DNA of 46,251 bases, the filler included, from Actinomycetota bacterium (lineage in GTDB: Bacteria; Actinomycetota; CADDZG01; JAHWKV01; JAOPZY01): NCBI GenBank assembly GCA_025963875.1. It is 2 parts of 2 records of this genome, joined end to end, with 100 filler letters (N's around TTAATTAATTAA, not from the genome) between each part and the next. Parts side by side here need not be neighbours in the genome. Positions count along the whole stretch, not along the records: positions 23,538 to 46,251 come from JAOPZY010000211.1; 1 more part is not named here. One strand, given 5' to 3'. Below are positions 40,493-46,251 of the stretch, piece after piece (the stretch's first letter is position 1; each line of letters begins with the position of its first letter). The position numbers and the translations under genes are program-made. The notes beneath the pieces were generated by a model. It ran no database searches. It saw only the letters and a list, made by a program, of their open reading frames with translations, and was not told the origin of the DNA.

Positions 40493-42870
40493 GCCGGACC
40501 TCCGTTCCGACCGGTTGCGTTCTTGATGGCGTGCCATACCCGTTGCGGCGAGACCGGCATCTGCAGGTCCGTGACCCCGAGTGGGGAGAGGGCATCGGCG
40601 ACAGCGTTCAGGACCGCCGGGGGGGCGGCGATCGTTCCCGCTTCGCCGATGCCCTTCACCCCCATCGAGTTTGTCGACGACGGGGTGACGGTGCGGTCCA
40701 GCGTCGCCACCGGGATCTCCACCGCCGACGGCACCAGGTAGTTCATCATCGAGCTGGTCAGCAGGATGCCGTTTTCGTCGTAGATGGCCTCCTCGTACAT
40801 CGCCTCGGCGATGCCCTGGGCGATGCCGCCCTGGACCTGCCCGTCGACGATCATGGGGTTGATCACGGTGCCGCAGTCGTCGACGGCGACGTACTTCAGG
40901 AAATCCACCTTGCCGGTCTCGGTGTCCACCTCGACCGCGCAGATGTGCGCCCCGGAGGGGAACGTGAAGTTGGGGGGATCGAAGGTTGCGGATGCCTCGA
41001 GGTTGGGGTCGAGGCCCGGAGGCAGGTTGTGCGCCTGCCAGGCGGTGAAGGCGAGCTCCGGGATGCTCCGGGCCTGCTTGGGCGCGCCCTTGACGCTGAA
41101 CCGCCCGGATTCGTAGTCCAGGTCGACCTCGGCCACCTCGAGTTCGTGGGCCGCCAGCTTGCGAGCCTTGTCGACCACCTTGTCGGTCGCCATCTTGAGG
41201 GCGACCCCGCCCACCGCCAGGCTTCGGCTCCCGTAGGTGTCGAAGCCGAGCGGCGACACCGCGGTGTCGCCGTGGAACACCTCGATGTCGTCGAAGGGGA
41301 TCCCGAGGCCGTCGGCGACGATCTGCGACCAGGTCGTCTCGTGGCCCTGCCCGTGCGGCGATGTTCCCGTAAAGACCTCGACCTTGCCGGTGGGCAGCAC
41401 GCGGACGCTGGCCGAGTCCCAGCCTCCGCCGGCATAGCGGATGGCTCCGAGCAGGCTGGACGGTGCCCACCCGCAGTTCTCGATGTACGTCGAGATGCCG
41501 ATGCCGAGCAGTTTCGCGTCCTTGCGATCCAGCCGTGCCTTCTGTTCCTTCCGGAGCTCGTCGTAGCCGGCCAGTTCCAGGGCCCGGTCGAGGGTCGCCT
41601 CGTAGTCGCCGGAGTCGGCCTGCAGGCCCGTCACCAGCGCCGTCGGCTCGGAGAACGGCGGGATGAAGTTCATCCGCCGCACCTCGGCGGGGTCCTTGCC
41701 CACCCGGCGGGCGAGGGCGTCCATCGCCCGCTCGATGGCATAGGTGGCCTCGGGCCGACCGGCCCCGCGGTAGGCGTCGGTCGGCGTCTGGTTGGTGAAG
41801 ACCCCCGTGTACTCGAACCAGTAGGCGTCGGCCTTGTAACACCCGCCGTAGAGCCAGGCCCCGAGCATGGGGATACCGGGAGTGATGAGCTGGAAGTACG
41901 CCCCCATATCTGCGATGAGCTTCGCCCGGATGGCGAGCAGCTTGCCGTCCTCGGTCGCCGCAAGCTCCATGTCCTGGAGAACGCCGCGGCCGTGGATGGT
42001 GGCGAGGTAGTTCTCCGACCGCTCCTCGATCCACTTGACCGGTCGCTGGAGGCGTCGGGCAAGGGCAAGGCAGAGTGCTTCCTCGGCGTAGATGTCGAGC
42101 TTGGACCCAAACCCGCCGCCGACCTCCGGCGCCACGACTCGCAGCTTGGCCTCGGAGATGCCGGTCACCATCGCCAGGGTGACCTTGGCGACGTGGGGGA
42201 TCTGGGTGGCCGACCACATCGTGAAGTCCCCCTGGCTGAGTCCCGGCTGGACGAGCACGCCGCGGGGCTCCATGGCGTTGGGGATCAGGCGGGGGTGCCA
42301 GTAGCGCTCCTTGACGACGACGGGCGCCTTGGCGAACGTCCCCTCGACGTCACCGACGCCGCCGTGGGACCAGGTGAAGCTCTTGTTGGTCCCGAGGTCC
42401 TCGTGGACCAGCGGCGCATCCTCTGCCATCGCCGCCTCGACATCGGTCACGGCGGGCAGCGGTTCGTACTCCACCTGGACCGCCTCGGCGGCGTCACACG
42501 CGAGCGCCCGGCTCGTCGCAACGACCACGGCGACGGCGTCGCCCATGTAGCGCACCTTGTCCTTGGCGACCGGCCAGTGCTGGGGCATCTTGATGTCCTC
42601 GGTCACCGGCCACACGCAGGGCAGCGGCCCCGCCCACTCCGACGCCAGGTCGTCGCCGGAGAGGGCCGCGACGACGCCGGGCATGTCGCGGGCCGGGGCG
42701 ACGTCGACAGCCTTGATGCGGGCGTGCGCGTAGGGGCTGCGCACCACCGCCATCCACACCATCCCCGCCAGGGCCAGATCGTCGACGTACCGACCCCGGC
42801 CGGTGAGCAGCCTCGAATCCTCCTTGCGGAGGACCCTGCCTCCCACATACCGCTGGACTGCCTGCACCAT
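40489..42870 (-). CDS. coxL: Molybdenum hydroxylase large subunit (form II CoxL-like)
   Basis: VGGGFGSK, AYRGAGRPE, GQGHET, TYGSRS, KGIGEAG. Confidence 0.9.
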   Translation of the reverse strand: MVQAVQRYVGGRVLRKEDSRLLTGRGRYVDDLALAGMVWMAVVRSPYAHARIKAVDVAPARDMPGVVAALSGDDLASEWAGPLPCVWPVTEDIKMPQHWPVAKDKVRYMGDAVAVVVATSRALACDAAEAVQVEYEPLPAVTDVEAAMAEDAPLVHEDLGTNKSFTWSHGGVGDVEGTFAKAPVVVKERYWHPRLIPNAMEPRGVLVQPGLSQGDFTMWSATQIPHVAKVTLAMVTGISEAKLRVVAPEVGGGFGSKLDIYAEEALCLALARRLQRPVKWIEERSENYLATIHGRGVLQDMELAATEDGKLLAIRAKLIADMGAYFQLITPGIPMLGAWLYGGCYKADAYWFEYTGVFTNQTPTDAYRGAGRPEATYAIERAMDALARRVGKDPAEVRRMNFIPPFSEPTALVTGLQADSGDYEATLDRALELAGYDELRKEQKARLDRKDAKLLGIGISTYIENCGWAPSSLLGAIRYAGGGWDSASVRVLPTGKVEVFTGTSPHGQGHETTWSQIVADGLGIPFDDIEVFHGDTAVSPLGFDTYGSRSLAVGGVALKMATDKVVDKARKLAAHELEVAEVDLDYESGRFSVKGAPKQARSIPELAFTAWQAHNLPPGLDPNLEASATFDPPNFTFPSGAHICAVEVDTETGKVDFLKYVAVDDCGTVINPMIVDGQVQGGIAQGIAEAMYEEAIYDENGILLTSSMMNYLVPSAVEIPVATLDRTVTPSSTNSMGVKGIGEAGTIAAPPAVLNAVADALSPLGVTDLQMPVSPQRVWHAIKNATGRNGGPA

Positions 42871-42927
42871 CTTCGTCGCCTCCCGTCGGAGCGTTCGTGG
42901 TTTGGGCTGCGGATCCCCGGCTGGTGT

Positions 42928-43434
42928 CTAGCCCCCCGGGACTCCGGCCTCTGCGGCGGCATGGCCGTTCATCGCCGGGGCCGCCGCCAGGATCGACCGC
43001 ACGATATTGGTGTAGCCCGTGCACCGGCACAGGTTGCCTTCGAGAGCGAGGCGGACCGACTCCTCCGAAGGGGTGGGGTTCTTCTGGAGGTAGCCGAGCG
43101 CCGCCATCACCATCCCGGGGGTGCAGAAGCCGCACTGCAGGCCGTGGTTCTCCTGGAACGCCCGTTGCAGCGGATGCAGCTCGCCGCCCTCGGCGACGCC
43201 TTCGATGGTGGTGACCTCCCGTCCGTCGGCCTGGACCGCCAGGAGGGTGCACGACTTCACGGACTCACCGTCCATGAGGACGGTGCACGACCCGCAGGAC
43301 GAGGTGTCGCAACCGACTTTGGTCCCGGTCAGGCCAAGGCCCTCCCGGAGGAAATAGACGAGGAGCGTTCGGGGCTCAACCTCCGCTTCCTGGGGAACCC
43401 CGTTGACCCTCAGCGAGACGCGTCTGGTCCCCAT
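42928..43434 (-). CDS. coxS: Molybdenum hydroxylase 2Fe-2S subunit (CoxS-like)
   Basis: [38 protein letters not shown]. Confidence 0.93.
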   Translation of the reverse strand: MGTRRVSLRVNGVPQEAEVEPRTLLVYFLREGLGLTGTKVGCDTSSCGSCTVLMDGESVKSCTLLAVQADGREVTTIEGVAEGGELHPLQRAFQENHGLQCGFCTPGMVMAALGYLQKNPTPSEESVRLALEGNLCRCTGYTNIVRSILAAAPAMNGHAAAEAGVPGG

Positions 43435-43804
43435 CTGACCTCCCTTCTCACGACAGACGGCTGGGTGCCTGGAGCAAGTGGTTTCGAAAGGATGGGGGCC
43501 TGGCCGCGCGGAACTGACCTGATGCCGTTCGGCGGTGAAAGCTTCACCGGTCCGGCCCCCCTCGACGGCGTGCTGCGTGTTTCGGCGAAACACGAGCGTA
43601 ACACTGCCTTCCGTCGAGGGGAATGGGTCCGAACGCCGCAAAGAGCGTGATGCCCCCGGCCCACGAGGCCGGACGGGAATGACGGTGTGCCGAGGTTGGT
43701 CCGAAATCGCGCCTGTGCGCGAACGGCGACCGACCTCTTGGTCACGGGTGGCGGACGGGAGCTTCCTGCCGCCATGTTTTGTTGGTGCCGGGGCCGAGCT
43801 CGGC

Positions 43805-44827
43805 TTACGCCGCCTCCTCCATTTCCGGCGTGTACTCGCCGGAGCGGGCGATGCCGTTGAGGCGCACCCGGTGGTACAGGGCCTTCTGGGCGGCGTCGAC
43901 GTTGGCCTGGTCGCCTTTCCACGTCGCCAGGGCAGGGTCCTGCAGCGCACGACCGTAGGAGAAGGACAGGCTCCACGGCAGCGGACCCATCTTGCTCATG
44001 GCGTTGAGATGGGCGGTCGCCACGTCGGCGCTTTGGCCACCCGAGAGGAAGGCGACGCCGGGGACGGCGGCGGGTACCGTGTTGAGCAGGCAGCGAACCG
44101 TCTCCTCGGCCACCTCCTGGATGTCCGCCTGAAGGGAGGCCTTCTTGCCGGCGATGACCATGCTCGGCTTCAGGACCATGTCTTCAAACCTCACGCCCTG
44201 GCCGGCGAGCTCGCCGAAGACCGTGCGGAGCGTCTCCGAGGTCACCTCGTAGCTGCGCTCGATGGAATGGTCGCCGTCCATCAGCACCTCGGGCTCCACG
44301 ATCGGCACCAGCCCGCCTTCCTGGCAGAGCGCGGCGTAGCGGGCGAGGGCGTGGGCGTTGGTGGCAATGGCGTTGCGAGTGGGGCGACCGTCCTCGGCGA
44401 TGGTGATGACCGCACGCCACTTGGCGAATCGGGCGCCCAGGTCGACGTACTCGGCGATGCGCTCACGCAGGCCGTCGAGGCCCTCCGTGATCGTCTCGCC
44501 CGGCGCACCGGCGAGGGCCTTGGCGCCCGTGTCGACCTTGATGCCGGGGAAGATGCCGCTCTTGTTGAGGATGTCGGCGAATGGCGTGCCGTCGGTGAGC
44601 CCCTGGCGGAGGGTCTCGTCGTAGAGGATCACACCGCTCACATAGGTGGAGATGTCCGGGGCGGTGAGCAGCAGCTCCCGGTACTGCCGCCGGGTCTCAA
44701 ACGTCGACTCGATGCCCAGGGCAGCGAAGCGCTTCGAGATGGTGGCGACACTCTCATCCGCAGCGAGGATTCCCTTGCCCGGAGCCACCATTTCCTGGGC
44801 GGTTGTGGCGAGATCGTTGTCACTCAT
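43805..44827 (-). CDS. Class I fructose-bisphosphate aldolase
   Basis: [50 protein letters not shown]. Confidence 0.95.
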   Translation of the reverse strand: MSDNDLATTAQEMVAPGKGILAADESVATISKRFAALGIESTFETRRQYRELLLTAPDISTYVSGVILYDETLRQGLTDGTPFADILNKSGIFPGIKVDTGAKALAGAPGETITEGLDGLRERIAEYVDLGARFAKWRAVITIAEDGRPTRNAIATNAHALARYAALCQEGGLVPIVEPEVLMDGDHSIERSYEVTSETLRTVFGELAGQGVRFEDMVLKPSMVIAGKKASLQADIQEVAEETVRCLLNTVPAAVPGVAFLSGGQSADVATAHLNAMSKMGPLPWSLSFSYGRALQDPALATWKGDQANVDAAQKALYHRVRLNGIARSGEYTPEMEEAA

Positions 44828-45148
44828 GTCGATTCCTATCTCTCGGTGCTGCCACGGATCGGGGGTGTGGGGGAGCGACGTTTCGGAAGAGTGCGAAGTC
44901 TCTCCGCGCCGCGTCGCCCAGCGGTCAAATATTTTACCCAGCCACCGGGGGTCGCGACTAGAGGGAGACCGGCGGCGGTCCCGCGGGAACAACAGCGTCG
45001 GGCATGTAGTGGCGAGCATTTTGTCCCCGATAACCGGATAGGAGGCTATCGCAATCTGGCCCTCGGGTTTCCATGCGCCACGTAAACCCAGAGGCGCCCG
45101 GCCGTGGCCCGGCCCCTGGCCTGATGTTAGGAGCAGATCGCGCGCAAC

Positions 45149-45220
45149 GACCGGCGGGAGTCGCTCAGGGAGAAGGACGCCCAGATGCAGATCGACCGGG
45201 CGATGAAGCGCCGCCGCTAG
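45149..45220 (+). pseudogene. Isolated fragment resembling the SmpB C-terminal tail
   Basis: DRRESLREKDAQMQIDRAMKRRR*; in-frame stop just upstream (45128-45130). Confidence 0.45.
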
Positions 45221-45221
45221 G

Positions 45222-45267
45222 CGTTTGAGTAAATCCCGCCCCTATAGGGGCGGGAAACGCTCAAACG
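45222..45267. repeat. Hairpin (terminator or REP-like)
   Basis: CGTTTGAG...CCCGCCCC-TATA-GGGGCGGG...CTCAAACG. Confidence 0.65.
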
Positions 45268-45431
45268 TTCATAGAGGCGCGCGCTGGCCGCCTAACCTTC
45301 TCCTCCGGGCCCCTGGCTGGTGCGGAGGTCCGTGTCACGCCACGCGGCCGCGGGATGTGGCTCCCATGCCGGCGGGGGTAAGGATCGTGGGACACGGGGA
45401 CGCACGCGCCGACAGGGAGAGGGACGACATC

Positions 45432-46251
45432 ATGCAGACCGACACCATGCAGCCGGCCAGATCGAGCGGCACGTTCAAGATCGGCGGTGACCTGCCGGTG
45501 GTCCGGCTCGGCTACGGCGCCATGCGGATCACCGGGCCGGGTATCTGGGGGCCACCGAAGGATCCGGACGAGGCGATCCGGGTGCTTCGCCGGGCGGTCG
45601 AGCTCGGCGTGAACTTCATCGACACCGCCGACGCCTACGGGCCCTACGTGAGCGAGGAGCTGATCCACAAGGCGCTGTACCCGTACCCGAGCGACCTCGT
45701 CATCGCCACCAAGGCGGGCTTCGTGCGGCCGGGGCCCAATGAGTGGGCTCCCGTCGGCCGGCCCCCGTACCTTCGCCAGGAGGCCGAGATGAGCCTTCGG
45801 CGTCTGGGCCTGGAGCGGCTCGATCTCTTCCAGCTCCACCGTATCGACCCTCAGGTGCCACTGGAGGACCAGCTGGAGGTCTTCGTCGAGCTGCAGCGTG
45901 AGGGCAAGGTAGGCCACATCGGGCTCTCGGAGGTATCGGTGGCGGAGATCCTCTCAGCGCAACTGTCGGCGAAGATCGCCACAGTCCAGAACCAGTACAA
46001 CCTCGGCAACCGGGCCTGGGAGCAGGAGCTCCGGCTCTGCGAGCGCGAGGGCATGGGCTTCATCCCGTGGTCCCCCGTCGGCACCGGCCAGCTCGGCCGC
46101 CCGGACGGTCCGCTGGCCCGGATGGCGCAACAGTTGGGGGTGACGCCCGCTCAGCTCGCCCTCGCCTGGCTCCTGCGGCGGTCGCCGGTGATGCTCCCGA
46201 TCCCAGGCACCTCGTCGGTGATCCACCTGGAGGAGAACCTCGCGGCTGCAA
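45432..46251 (+). CDS. Aldo/keto reductase (partial, runs off the window)
   Basis: Hand translation: RLGYGAMRITG, GVNFIDTADAYG, IATKAG, LFQLHRID, GHIGLSEV, PIPGTSS; GGGAGAGGG SD; not in the ORF track. Confidence 0.93.
   Translation, partial: MQTDTMQPARSSGTFKIGGDLPVVRLGYGAMRITGPGIWGPPKDPDEAIRVLRRAVELGVNFIDTADAYGPYVSEELIHKALYPYPSDLVIATKAGFVRPGPNEWAPVGRPPYLRQEAEMSLRRLGLERLDLFQLHRIDPQVPLEDQLEVFVELQREGKVGHIGLSEVSVAEILSAQLSAKIATVQNQYNLGNRAWEQELRLCEREGMGFIPWSPVGTGQLGRPDGPLARMAQQLGVTPAQLALAWLLRRSPVMLPIPGTSSVIHLEENLAAA

Overview
High-GC, Actinomycetota-like sequence made of two contigs joined by an artificial linker (23438-23537), so gene neighbourhoods cannot be read across that point. The left contig holds a SpoIID/LytB protein, a ~600-bp lower-GC interval, a heat-shock operon (dnaK-hsp20-grpE-dnaJ-hspR-clpB-groES-like) with a HAIR-like site, MarR plus a ClC/CBS channel, a membrane Fe-S oxidoreductase, tRNA-Gly(CCC), a candidate structured ncRNA, a solitary clpP divergent from SRPBCC-ArsR, an enoyl-CoA hydratase, TauE, a GlxA-type regulator, an oxidoreductase and a truncated GGDEF protein. 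The right contig holds a truncated SF2 helicase, a complete fructose PTS operon, a SEC-C protein, a frameshifted Fic gene, an MMPL transporter with a doubly frameshifted TetR, two lower-GC hypothetical genes, a coxS-L-M-like (form II, AYRGAGR) molybdoenzyme, a class I aldolase and a partial aldo/keto reductase. The best finding is absent from the ORF track: a 56-codon minus-strand gene (2065-2235) with a strong Shine-Dalgarno that resembles DUF1059 small metal-binding proteins. Its first conserved Cys position is an in-frame UGA, followed 11 nt later by a bulged hairpin with fdhF-SECIS-like geometry, making it a candidate selenoprotein. Upstream lie a structured spacer and a second 56-codon ORF with a near-identical C-terminal tail. 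Family assignments come from motif recognition by eye; no searches were run.
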